Source: Acidimicrobiales bacterium (GTDB taxonomy: Bacteria > Actinomycetota > Acidimicrobiia > Acidimicrobiales > Aldehydirespiratoraceae). Taken from it: a DNA stretch of 64,000 nucleotides. A program made the translations under genes and the position numbers. The stretch spans positions 1,627,152-1,691,151 of the forward strand of contig OZ220692.1 of assembly GCA_965116485.1 (NCBI GenBank), written 5' to 3'. The notes under the pieces were generated by a model. That model saw only the letters and a program-made list of their open reading frames with translations. It was not told where the DNA came from and made no database searches. Position 1 is the first letter of the stretch, and each line of letters starts with the position of its first letter. Below are positions 19,848-29,600 of this stretch, one piece after another.

Positions 19848-19980
19848 TGGGTATCTCTTCCTTTCGGCAAGCGATCAGAAACTATCGTGAAGGCGCTCGA
19901 GGGGCATACGCTGGTTCTGGCCGTTGGCACCAGATTTTGGTGCCTCGATAGGGCCACTGTCACGAATTCAAGGAACTGCG

Positions 19981-21357
19981 ATGGACATTCACGACTCGGT
20001 GCTTGACTTGGTCGGCAATACCCCGCTTGTCAAACTTCGGCGCATCAGCGCAAACCTGCCGTGTCCGGTCGTGGCGAAGATCGAGGCTGTCAACCCGGGA
20101 GGCAGTTCCAAGGACAGGCCCGCCATAGCGATGATTGATGCGGCCGAGGAGGCGGGATTGCTGAAGCCGGGCGGCACCATTGTCGAGCCGACTTCGGGCA
20201 ACACCGGGATCGGCTTGGCGATCGTCGCGGCCCAGCGCGGGTATCGCTGCATTTTTGTTGTGACCAGCAAGGTGGGGGCCGAGAAAGTCGACCTGCTCCG
20301 CGCCTACGGTGCAGAGGTTGTCGTCTGTCCGGTGGCGGTCGCTCCTGAAGACCCGGCCTCGTACTACTCGACCGCCGAACGGCTGGTGAAGGAGATCCCA
20401 GGAGCGTTTCGCCCCAACCAGTACCACAATCCCGCCAACCCGCAAGCCCACTTCGATACGACGGGTCCCGAGTTGTGGACTCAGACCGAAGGGAAGATCA
20501 CCCATTTCGTTGCGGGTGCGGGGACCGGAGGCACGCTCACCGGCGTCGGCCGGCACCTGAAGGGCAAGAATCCCGAGGTTCAGATAATCGCCGCGGACCC
20601 GGAAGGATCGGTTTATTCGGGAGGCAGTGGACGCCCGTACCTCGTTGAGGGAATAGGCGAGGATTTCTTCCCCGACACCTACGACATGTCGATAGTCGAC
20701 CGCACCATCGCGGTGAGCGACCGGGATTCGTTCCTCACCGCCCGCGAGGTCACCGAGTCCGAGGGCCTGTTGATCGGCGGGTCCTGTGGCACAGCGGTCA
20801 ATGCCGCGGTCCAGGTCGCCCGCGAGTGCGGACCCTATGATCTGGTGGTGGTGCTGCTCCCCGACAACGGTCGGCTCTACTTGAGCACGGTGTTCAACGA
20901 CGAGTGGATGGCCGGGTTCGGGTTCCTGCGTGGTTCGGGACCTGTGGTGGCGGACGTGCTCGGCTCCCGCCGGGGAGACGTTCCGGACCTGTTGTATGTG
21001 CAACCCACAGCGACCGTGCGCGAGGCGGTGCAGATGATGAGCGACCACGGAGTGTCACAGCTGCCTGTGGCCAAGGGTGAGATGCCGCTGGCCAACGCGG
21101 AGGTGATGGGCTCGGTCAGCGAGCTGCGGATCATGGATCTGGCGTTCGGCAACGATTCGGTACTGGACAAGACGGTCGAGGACATCATGGGTTCCAAACT
21201 GCGAACTGTCGGCTCGGGGCAGCCGATTGCCTTGGCTGTCGAGATGCTGGAGTCCTGTTCAGCGCTGTTGGTACTTGATGGCGGGCGACCCCGCGCCGTG
21301 ATCTCTTCGAGCGACGTGTTGTCGTTCCTTTCGAAAGGCGCCTCTCTTGGCCGATGA
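19981..21357 (+). CDS. cbs: Cystathionine beta-synthase (CysK-fold plus tandem CBS domains)
   Basis: LVGNTPLVKL ... NPGGSSKDR PLP-lysine motif ... C-terminal CBS pair. ATG at 19981. Confidence 0.88.
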   Translation: MDIHDSVLDLVGNTPLVKLRRISANLPCPVVAKIEAVNPGGSSKDRPAIAMIDAAEEAGLLKPGGTIVEPTSGNTGIGLAIVAAQRGYRCIFVVTSKVGAEKVDLLRAYGAEVVVCPVAVAPEDPASYYSTAERLVKEIPGAFRPNQYHNPANPQAHFDTTGPELWTQTEGKITHFVAGAGTGGTLTGVGRHLKGKNPEVQIIAADPEGSVYSGGSGRPYLVEGIGEDFFPDTYDMSIVDRTIAVSDRDSFLTAREVTESEGLLIGGSCGTAVNAAVQVARECGPYDLVVVLLPDNGRLYLSTVFNDEWMAGFGFLRGSGPVVADVLGSRRGDVPDLLYVQPTATVREAVQMMSDHGVSQLPVAKGEMPLANAEVMGSVSELRIMDLAFGNDSVLDKTVEDIMGSKLRTVGSGQPIALAVEMLESCSALLVLDGGRPRAVISSSDVLSFLSKGASLGR

Positions 21358-22513
21358 CATTTTTTCCGACCCGAACGCTTGGGGGTTCGAAACCCGCGCC
21401 ATCAGGGCAGGTCAGCCGCACGATGTGAGCAGCGGCGCTGTTGTCACCCCGATCTCTTTGGCCACGACCTTCGTGCAGGAGGAGGTGGGTGTGAATCGGG
21501 GCTACTTGTATGCCCGCGTCTCCAACCCGACCAGGACCGCTCTGCAGGACTGTCTGGCCTCGCTCGAAGGTGCCGGCCACGGATTGGCTTTCGCCTCTGG
21601 AATGGCTGCTGAAGATACTTTTCTGCGCACTCTGGCGCCGGGTGACCACATTGTGTTGGGAGACGACGCCTACGGCGGGACGTTCCGGCTGATCGCGCAT
21701 GTGCTGGTGCCGATGGGGATCACCTGGTCCGCGGTCGATTTGACCGATGTGGACGGGCTGCGTGAGGCGATGCCGCCGTCCACGAAGGTGGTGTGGGTGG
21801 AGACCCCGACCAACCCCTCGCTGACGGTGATCGACATAGCCGCTGTCGCAGAGGTGGCTCACAGCGTGGATGCCCGACTGGTCGTCGACAACACCTTCGC
21901 CACCCCCTATCTGCAGCAGCCGCTGAGTCTCGGGGCCGATGTCGTGGTCCACTCGACCACCAAGTACTGCGGCGGCCACTCAGACGTGGTCGGCGGTTTC
22001 CTGGCGCTGAACGACACCGGACTCGCTGAGGAACTCGAGTTCCTGCAGAAGGCCGTGGGTGCGGTCGGCAGCCCGTTCGACAACTACCTCACGTTGCGCG
22101 GGCTCAAGACTCTGGCGGTGCGCATGGATCGCCACTGCGACAGCGCCCGCGCCGTGGCGGAGTTCTTGACCAGCAGACCTGAGGTGGTCGAGGTGTTCTT
22201 TCCGGGTCTCGTGGACCATCCGGGCCATAAGATAGCGGTCCGTCAGATGAAGGACTTCGGCGGGATGGTGTCGTTTCGGGTTGCCGGCGGTGCCGATGCG
22301 GCGATGCGACTGGCAGCCGGCACCCAGGTGTTCGTTCTGGCCGAATCGCTAGGGGCGGTCGAGTCGCTGATCGAGCATCCTGGGGCGATGACCCATGCTT
22401 CGGCCGCGGGTTCGCCACTGGAAGTGTCCGACGACCTGATCCGCCTCAGCGTTGGTCTGGAAGCCATCGACGACCTGATCGCAGATCTCACCCAAGCCTT
22501 CGACAGGCTGTAG
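21347..22513 (+). CDS. Cystathionine gamma-lyase/synthase family PLP enzyme
   Basis: 388 aa with VVHSTTKYCGGHSD PLP-lysine motif. It overlaps the CBS stop, forming a transsulfuration pair. Confidence 0.88.
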   Translation: MADDIFSDPNAWGFETRAIRAGQPHDVSSGAVVTPISLATTFVQEEVGVNRGYLYARVSNPTRTALQDCLASLEGAGHGLAFASGMAAEDTFLRTLAPGDHIVLGDDAYGGTFRLIAHVLVPMGITWSAVDLTDVDGLREAMPPSTKVVWVETPTNPSLTVIDIAAVAEVAHSVDARLVVDNTFATPYLQQPLSLGADVVVHSTTKYCGGHSDVVGGFLALNDTGLAEELEFLQKAVGAVGSPFDNYLTLRGLKTLAVRMDRHCDSARAVAEFLTSRPEVVEVFFPGLVDHPGHKIAVRQMKDFGGMVSFRVAGGADAAMRLAAGTQVFVLAESLGAVESLIEHPGAMTHASAAGSPLEVSDDLIRLSVGLEAIDDLIADLTQAFDRL

Positions 22514-22770
22514 CACTTCCGGTGGACCGTCCGGCCCCTTGGTCTGATGAACAAGTTGATGGCGCCGTTGGCGACCGAGCTGTAGCACTTTCGGTGGACC
22601 GTCCGGCCCCTTGGTCTGATGAACAAGTTGATGGCGCCGTTGGCGACCGAGCTGTAGCACTTTCGGTGGACCGTCCGGCCCCTTGGTCTGATGAACAAGT
22701 TGATGGTGCCGTTGGCGACCGAGTTGTAGCACGTTCGGTGGACCGGCAGGCCCCTTGGTCTGCCGGTCAG
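22511..22770. repeat. 72-bp tandem repeat, 3 full copies plus a partial fourth
   Basis: Units start at 22511, 22583, 22655 and 22727. Each begins with TAG in the frame of the upstream gene's stop codon. Confidence 0.95.
22741..22768. terminator. Bidirectional hairpin between convergent genes
   Basis: gaccggcag-gccccttggt-ctgccggtc forms a perfect 9-bp stem. It overlaps the stop of the minus-strand LLM gene. The upstream 72-bp units carry decayed versions of it. Confidence 0.5.
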
Positions 22771-23687
22771 GTTTGCAGTGGTAGCGCCAGTTGTGCGACC
22801 GACTCGAGTTCGCGGTGCCAGTCGGCTGGTTCGGTGAGCGGGAACAGCACGAATTTCGAGGCGCCGACTGAGATGTACTCGTTGAGCATGTCCGCGATCC
22901 GTTTGTGGGAGGTGGCAACGATCTCGCTCGGGTCGGTGTCGGGCATGCGGCTGGCGACCAACTGGCGTACAGCATCAGGAATGTCGGTTTCTCCGCGGTC
23001 CGCGGCGTCGGGCAGGTAACCGATGAGAACCCCGTAGTGCTCGGGGTCCATCGACCGGCCCGCGGTTCGGGCTGCGTCCTCGATGACGGTGATCGACTCT
23101 GCGACCAGCTCTGGCGTGGTGAACGAGCCGAGCCAGCCATCGGCGAGTCGGCCGGTACGGCGGAGTTCGGAGGGTGCATGACCGCCGAGCCACACCTCGA
23201 AGGGTTGCTGTATCGGTTTGGGGAGGACGCTTGCGCCGCGCAGCGTGAAGCGATCGCCGTCGTGGTCGACTTCGTCCTCGGTCCAGAGGCGGCGCATCAG
23301 CGGCAGCGCTTCGTTCAGCGACGGTGCGCGCTGCATCCGCTCGACGCCGAATGCCTGGTGCTCGGCGGTGTTGGCGATACCCAGTCCGAACGCAGGAAGG
23401 CAACGCCCGCCCGATATCACGTCGAGACTGGCCATCATCTTGGCCATCAGCACCGGGTTGCGGCCCGGCAGCACCGATACGGCGGGCCCGAATTTCAATC
23501 GGGTGCTGCGCCCCGCGACGAATCCCATGGCCACGATCGGATCGAGTTGTGGACTGTTCACACGCTCGGGAAACCACAAAGAGTCGAAGCCGAGCCGGTC
23601 CAGGTCGTCGACCACAGCTCCGAGACCGTCCGGTGTGCTCAGCAGTTTCGGTACCACCCCGATGCCGTAGCCGATTCGTATTTTCAT
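22767..23687 (-). CDS. LLM-class F420-dependent oxidoreductase
   Basis: MKIRIGYGIG...GFDSLWFPERV...RLKFGPAVSVLP...AFGLG, typical luciferase-like monooxygenase fold sequence. Confidence 0.8.
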   Translation of the reverse strand: MKIRIGYGIGVVPKLLSTPDGLGAVVDDLDRLGFDSLWFPERVNSPQLDPIVAMGFVAGRSTRLKFGPAVSVLPGRNPVLMAKMMASLDVISGGRCLPAFGLGIANTAEHQAFGVERMQRAPSLNEALPLMRRLWTEDEVDHDGDRFTLRGASVLPKPIQQPFEVWLGGHAPSELRRTGRLADGWLGSFTTPELVAESITVIEDAARTAGRSMDPEHYGVLIGYLPDAADRGETDIPDAVRQLVASRMPDTDPSEIVATSHKRIADMLNEYISVGASKFVLFPLTEPADWHRELESVAQLALPLQT

Positions 23688-23792
23688 CCCCAGAGGTTCC
23701 CACGCCGTTTGAGATGTGGCTAATCGTCGTGATTGCGACGGCTACCGTCTCAGGTGGGGAAACCAGCGATCAGGTGGCGGTGTTTGCGCTGG

Positions 23793-24908
23793 TCAGATTC
23801 GGGGTTCGCGGGGGAGTTCCAGGACTCGTTCGCCGAGAATATTGCGCATGATGTTTGAGGTGCCGGCCATGATCGTGTAGGCGGGCGCATACGCGTATGC
23901 CCTGCTGAAGGGTGAGTCAAGGGTCATCTGCGGGCCGAGCACGCGAGCCGCGAACTCGGCCACGCGCTGCTGATGCTCGGTGCAGAACGCTTTGGTCGCG
24001 GCGCTGAATCCCTGCGGAGCCTGCTTCAACGTCTCCCGGTAGACGAGGAGCCTGCCTAGGCGATAGCCCGTCTCGAGCCGGGCGATCTCTTGACGGACAC
24101 GCGGGTCGCTGCCATCGGCGATCAACCGGGCATGGTCGTACAACGGCCGGTTGGAGACAAGGCGGTCGATTCCCCCTCTCTCATGTTCAAGCTGGGTCAT
24201 TGTCTGGCGGAACGCCGCTCCTTGGGTACCGACCAGATTCTCCACGGGCACCCGAACGTCAGTGAAGAAGGTTTCGCAGAAGTGGGTGTTGTCGACCATG
24301 TCGCGGATGGTGCGTACTTCGATACCTGGCAGGTCCATCGGCACGATCAACTCGCTGACGCCCTCGTGGGGTCTCTCGGTCGAATCGGTCCGGCAGATCA
24401 GATAGCAATAGTCGGCCAGCGCTGCACCCGAGGTCCAGATCTTCTGTCCGTTCACTACGAAGGCGTCGCGGTCCCGTCGCGCTGTGGTCGCTATGGCGGC
24501 GAGGTCGGACCCGGCGTCGGGTTCGCTCATGCCGATCGACCATGTCGCTGCGCCTGAGAGCATGTCGGGCAGGTACTCCGCTTGCTGGTCGGGCGTGCCG
24601 TAGCGGATGAGCGACGGACCGAACTGGCGGTCAGCGAACCAGCTGGCGGCGATCGGCGCGCCCGCCGAGATCAACTCTTCGGCCACGATGACCCGTTCGA
24701 GAGCGGGACGGCCGCCGCCTCCGTGCTCGATCGGCCAGGTCATGCCGACCCAGCCCTCGGCCGCGATGGTCGCGCTGAACTCTTTTGAGAATCCGTTGAT
24801 CCAGCTGTCGCTGTGTGCGCCGTGCTCGGCGACCCCCATGGCTGCCACTTTCCTGGCTCGTGACCGCAGGGTTTCAAGTTCGGGCGTCAAACGAAAATTG
24901 AGACTCAA
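23793..24908 (-). CDS. Acyl-CoA dehydrogenase
   Basis: LTPELETLRSRARKV ... GMSEPDAGSDLA ... ACAD motifs. A TTG start at 24908 is preferred over the track ATG at 25025. Confidence 0.8.
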   Translation of the reverse strand: MSLNFRLTPELETLRSRARKVAAMGVAEHGAHSDSWINGFSKEFSATIAAEGWVGMTWPIEHGGGGRPALERVIVAEELISAGAPIAASWFADRQFGPSLIRYGTPDQQAEYLPDMLSGAATWSIGMSEPDAGSDLAAIATTARRDRDAFVVNGQKIWTSGAALADYCYLICRTDSTERPHEGVSELIVPMDLPGIEVRTIRDMVDNTHFCETFFTDVRVPVENLVGTQGAAFRQTMTQLEHERGGIDRLVSNRPLYDHARLIADGSDPRVRQEIARLETGYRLGRLLVYRETLKQAPQGFSAATKAFCTEHQQRVAEFAARVLGPQMTLDSPFSRAYAYAPAYTIMAGTSNIMRNILGERVLELPREPRI

Positions 24909-25094
24909 GGCTGCGGCGCCCTCCTCCAGCGGTGCGTTCGGTGATGGATTGCTTGAGTAGGCCACGATACGGCGATCGGGGATCGTCAGCGACGAAGACT
25001 CCGGAGTACTGCCCGGGTGAAGCAAGCTGCTTCGCGAATTTTTGGCGGCGAGTTCGGCGCCCGGTAAAGTCGGCGGGCATCTAGCCTTGCTGGA

Positions 25095-26069
25095 ATGGGT
25101 GGGGACAACACTCGCTGGTCTGATAGGAGCGCAGGTGTGCCGTTAGAAAACGTCGCCCACCGTGATGTTCAGTATGCGAACGCCTACTTGGCGTCTTTGG
25201 CCGCCGGACCGTCGAGATCCACCACGGAGTCAGCGTTGCGGGTCGTCGCCAGAGACTTCTTCGGGTGCGAGCCTGATGAGATGCCTTGGACGGCATTACG
25301 AGCCGAGGATGTCGGGTGGCTGCGGGCGCAGCTGGCCGAACGCCGAGCCCCTGCAACGGCCAACAAGTTGCTCGCCGCGGTCCGCGGTGTGCTTCTGGCC
25401 GCGTGGCGTAGTAACGCAATCGATACCGACACTTACCACCGCACGATCGATGCCGCCAAATCGGTGAAAGGCAGCCGATTGCCTGCTGGGCGAGCGCTCA
25501 CCCCCGACGAGGTTCAACGCTTGTTTGCCGACTGCAATGATGGAACCCACTCGGGGTTGAGAGACGCAGCGGCCTTAGCTTTGATGCTCGGGTGCGGGTT
25601 GCGACGTTCCGAAACGGTCGCGATCGACATGGCCGATCTGGACCTCCCCAACGCTGAGACCGAAGTCCTCGGTAAGGGCAACAAGGAGAGAACCGCTTAC
25701 CCCCCATCAGGAACCCTCCACGCGGTGACCGCTTGGGTAGCGGCTCGGGGCGATGTGGACGGTCCGATGCTGTGCCCCGTCCTGGTCTCGGGTCGGATCA
25801 TCGCTGGTCGCGGAATCTCTACGACAGCGATCGCTCAACGCTTGGAGAAGCGTTGCTTTAGCGCAGGGATCGCCCGATGCACGCCACACGACCTTCGGCG
25901 TACTTTCGTCTCTGGATCGCTTGACGCTGGACTAGATCTGGCGGTGGTCCAACGGCTCGCCGGTCATGCGTCTCCGGCGACCACGGCCGTCTACGATCGT
26001 CGCGGCGAACGAGCCGCGAGACAAGCCGTAGCGAAGCTGATCCTCCCAACGGGAGACCTTCTGCTGTAG
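25095..26069 (+). CDS. Tyrosine-type site-specific recombinase/integrase
   Basis: GLRRSE (Arg), HDLRRTF (His-x-x-Arg), and LAGHASPATTAVY (His, Tyr nucleophile). It heads the accessory region. Confidence 0.85.
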   Translation: MGGDNTRWSDRSAGVPLENVAHRDVQYANAYLASLAAGPSRSTTESALRVVARDFFGCEPDEMPWTALRAEDVGWLRAQLAERRAPATANKLLAAVRGVLLAAWRSNAIDTDTYHRTIDAAKSVKGSRLPAGRALTPDEVQRLFADCNDGTHSGLRDAAALALMLGCGLRRSETVAIDMADLDLPNAETEVLGKGNKERTAYPPSGTLHAVTAWVAARGDVDGPMLCPVLVSGRIIAGRGISTTAIAQRLEKRCFSAGIARCTPHDLRRTFVSGSLDAGLDLAVVQRLAGHASPATTAVYDRRGERAARQAVAKLILPTGDLLL

Positions 26070-26253
26070 CACCCTGAGTGGCCCTTAGCGCTACCAACAG
26101 CGCTACCACCCAGTCCGTCCACGACGTCAGCGTGGTCTGCTCATCTGTTGGGTGCTGCGACCTCGCTGCGCGCAACCACCAACGGGTTTAAGCGTCCAAC
26201 AGGATTTTGGCGGCGCGGTGCGCCAAGCGAAGGTTGAGTGGGGATCCCAATCC

Positions 26254-26311
26254 ACCACTGCTTGCGATAATTACCGTTATCTACCACTGCTTGCGATAAT
26301 TACCGTTATCT
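26254..26311. repeat. 29-bp direct repeat x2, each containing the 16-bp palindrome GATAATTACCGTTATC
   Basis: accactgcttgcgataattaccgttatct occurs at 26254-26282 and 26283-26311, with palindromes at 26266-26281 and 26295-26310. Confidence 0.85.
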
Positions 26312-26638
26312 TATAGTACGGGTTCGAGACCCTTGTCAAGTATTTCTCGCCCGATTTTCGTCACGAACGTCATGCACAGCTCATAATCTCCTGCTTTACG
26401 TGGGCAAACAGTGACAAATCAGTGCACCGATTTTGTTGACGCAGGAGGCCCCAGAGACTGAGGCCGACAAGATTCAGCGCGGTCGATAAGTCACGCTCAC
26501 AGCAACTGACGCTGGCAACTGTGCTTGACCGCGGGCGGTCGCCTAGTCGCTCACATCTTGGTATTCAGGACCCTAGCAGGGCTTTCGCGGATCGGATTGT
26601 CACGGTTGCTGCTACCGCGGCTCGGTTTGTACGTGGTG

Positions 26639-26654
26639 GATAACGGGAATTATC
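26639..26654. promoter_or_regulatory. Third copy of the 16-bp palindrome (inverted, 1 mismatch)
   Basis: GATAACGGGAATTATC is the reverse complement of the site above with one change. It lies 30 bp upstream of the giant gene's ATG. Confidence 0.45.
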
Positions 26655-26683
26655 CGCACGTATCCAGGACGGGGACCAACCCA

Positions 26684-29600
26684 ATGCAACGCCACGCCGA
26701 TTCCACAGCTTTTTGTCTGCGCTCACTAGCTACCAGGCTGGGTCGATCCCGCCGTGTCCTCAGGGGTGTGGCGCTGATGTTGATCTTCGCGTCAGCAGCG
26801 TACGGACTTACGGCCGTGCCCCCAGTGTCGATGCCACAGGCGGCAGCCGACGACCAAACCGAGACATATCAAGAACGGGTTGCGCCGTTCACTCAAACCG
26901 ACCGCGTCAGGGTAGCGCCGTTCACTGAGACTTACCAAGAGCGCGTCCCGCCATACACCCAAACCGTCCGCGTCAGGGTTGCGCCGTTCACCGAGTCCTA
27001 CCAGGTACGTGTCGCACCGTTCACCGAGAGCTATCGGGTGCGTGTCGCGCCGCTCACCGAAACCTATCGCGTCAGGGTTGCGCCGTTCACTCAAACCGAC
27101 CGCGTCAGGGTAGCGCCGTTCACTGAGACTTACCAAGAGCGCGTCCCGCCATACACCCAAACCGTCCGCGTCAGGGTTGCGCCGTTCACCGAGTCCTACC
27201 AGGTACGTGTCGCGCCGTTCACCGAGAGCTATCGCGTGCGTGTCGCGCCGTACACTCGAAGCGTGGCTGCATACAACTACGAAACGGTGTGTCCTCCCTG
27301 TCGTCAGGTTCGGGTAGCGCCGTTCACGCGAACCGTGGCTGTCTACAACTACGAAAACCGCACTCGAAATGTTTACAACTACGCGAACCGCACGCGAGCC
27401 GTCTTCAACTACGAAAACCGCACGCGAAATGTTTACAACTACGCGAACCGCACGCGAGCCGTCTTCAACTATGCGGACCGCACCCGAGATGTCTACAACT
27501 GGGAGAACCGAACGCGAGCTGTCTACAACTATGAGAATCGCTCCCGACCCGTTTGGAACTACGAAACCCGCACCCGATCAGTAGTCAACTACGAAAACCG
27601 CGTGCAAGACTTTTTTCACTATGCGGAACGCACGCGAGATGTCTTCAACTATGCGGAACGCACCCGAGATGTCTACAACTGGGAGACAAGGACTCGCAGT
27701 GTCTCCCACACTCATACCTGCCCCGCGGGCCAGCAGCTCGAGGGCCATGCCACCTGCGTACCAACGACCACCACGACGACGACAACGACGACAACGACTA
27801 CAGCACCACCACCCCCTAGACCTGTGGTTTCGATTACCGCTCACCCATCTGTCACCGAGGGAGCCCGCGCGTTGTTCACGGTCAGTGCTGCGCTTGCACC
27901 ATCAGAGACGCTCACGGTCACTGTGGCGGTGGCCGGAGGTGGTTACGCGTCGACTGGTACGCGTTCTGTGACATTGCAGGGTTCCTCATCATTCCCTCCC
28001 GGTCTTGCTACCGGCTTGCTGTCAGTGGCTACCGTCGATGACACGCTAGACGAGCCCGACGGAACGGTTACCGCAACAATCACAGCCGGCGCCGGCTACA
28101 CCGTTTCCGCCTCAGCGCGCTCGGCTGCCGTGACAGTCAAAGACAACGATTTGTCTGCTAGGGAGAGATGCGAGGCCGACGGAGGAACTTGGACTCCGCC
28201 GCTGGTTGACCCCTGCGTGAAACCTACGGTGTCGATCACTGGCCCCGCAGCGCCCGTCACAGAAGGCGCTGCGGTTCATTTCACTGTCACTGTTTCTCCA
28301 GCGCCTGCGTATTCGCTTGACGTTTCGGTGGCTGTGTCGTCTGTCGGCGGCTACGCGGCGTCTAATACTCGAACGGTGACGGTGCCCACCAGCGGAACCG
28401 CTGCTTTCACTGTCGCTACACTCAACGACACCGTGGATGAACCCGACGGTTCGGTAACTGCGACTATTGGAGCCAGTAGCCGCTACACTGGAGGCGGCGC
28501 CTCAGCAACCGTCGCGGTGCGAGACGACGACGCGACGCCTACTCAGGGGGATTGCCCCAGCGGCTACTACGAACTCGTCGATCCGTTGCCGACGGCCTGG
28601 ATTGATCTGTTCAACAGCGAAGTTAGTTTCGACCAAGCCACAGGGTTGCACCCTGAGCCCGTTGTGTGGGTGCCGCAGCGAAGTATCCCGCGGACACAAG
28701 ACCGGGGCTGTTACATGGCTCGTTTCGAAGTCACCGACGTGGGAGCGGTAAACGAGAACGAACTGAAAGAAGCGGCAACAGCCGCGTTAGTGGTCGGCTC
28801 ACAAGCATACAACGTGATCTGCGATCCCGTTGCAACGGTTACGGCAGAGTTGGGGCTCAGAAGAGCGGAGAAGTCTAAGGCTGTCGCCAGGATCGCTACG
28901 AGGCTGGGCACTACCAGCGCCAAAATCGTGCAGCGGGCTTCGATCGTGTTGAATGTTGTGTGTCTGCCAGCCACCATACAAGACGTGCTCAGCGTGTTGA
29001 GATGGATCGACGGGCTGTTCTCAACACCGCCGAAGCCGCTGTGCCCGGACCCTCCGACGGGGTTGGCTCTAGTCGGCACCGATGGGGCGATACAGGTGTC
29101 GTGGACACCCCCAACCAACGCGCCTGAAACAGAGGCCGACGAACACGGCGAGCACAGATACACTGTCTATTGGGGGGAAGGTGCGAGTTCGCTGGGTGCT
29201 CCGATCACGGGAATCAAGACCATCTGGCGTTCAGGGCCTCGAGCGGCGCACACAATTGCAGCAACAAATGGGCACGAATACTGGGTTCAAGTCTTCTGGG
29301 GCACGAAACTCGGATGCGAAGGGCAAGCACCAGTGGTAGAGGGAACAGTCACGCCAATCGCCGCTCCAAGCGCTCCACGCGGTCTGGTTCTCCTGCCTTC
29401 GGAAGGGCAGATACGGGTTTCATGGCAAGCAGCGCCGCATACCAGCGCGGCGCCCGTCGAGGGGTACCAAGTTTCGTGGAGCGACAGCGGAGGTCGTATC
29501 GACAGCGCTCGCGTGCTGCGAGGTGTCACAACGCACACGATCGGGGGCCTCACCAACGGGAGGACCTATCACGTCAGCGTGTCCGCGCACAATGTCTCGG

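Noticed and set aside
19926-19944. Hairpin ggcacca-gattt-tggtgcc upstream of CBS as a SAM-type riboswitch or attenuator.
   Set aside because: It is a single 7-bp stem without flanking conserved riboswitch elements or a U-tract. I cannot match any riboswitch consensus from memory.
22511-22770. CRISPR array (also considered for 61170-61335 and 26254-26311).
   Set aside because: Units are contiguous with no unique spacers, and no cas genes are nearby. They are plain tandem repeats.
26318-26345. tRNA 3' fragment (GGTTCGAGACCC T-loop-like) as an att site next to the integrase.
   Set aside because: The T-arm pairs only 4 of 5. There is no acceptor stem or anticodon arm, and I found no matching direct repeat at the other side of the region.
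26436-26570. Sigma-70-like promoter hexamers (ttgacg, cttgacc, tggtattca) upstream of the giant gene.
   Set aside because: No pair has both acceptable hexamers and 16-18 nt spacing, so it is too weak to call without 5' end data.
27340-27706. The N-R-T sequons in the 10-mer repeats as evidence for N-glycosylation.
   Set aside because: The sequon is short and expected by chance in an N/R/T-rich repeat. No glycosyltransferase gene is nearby.
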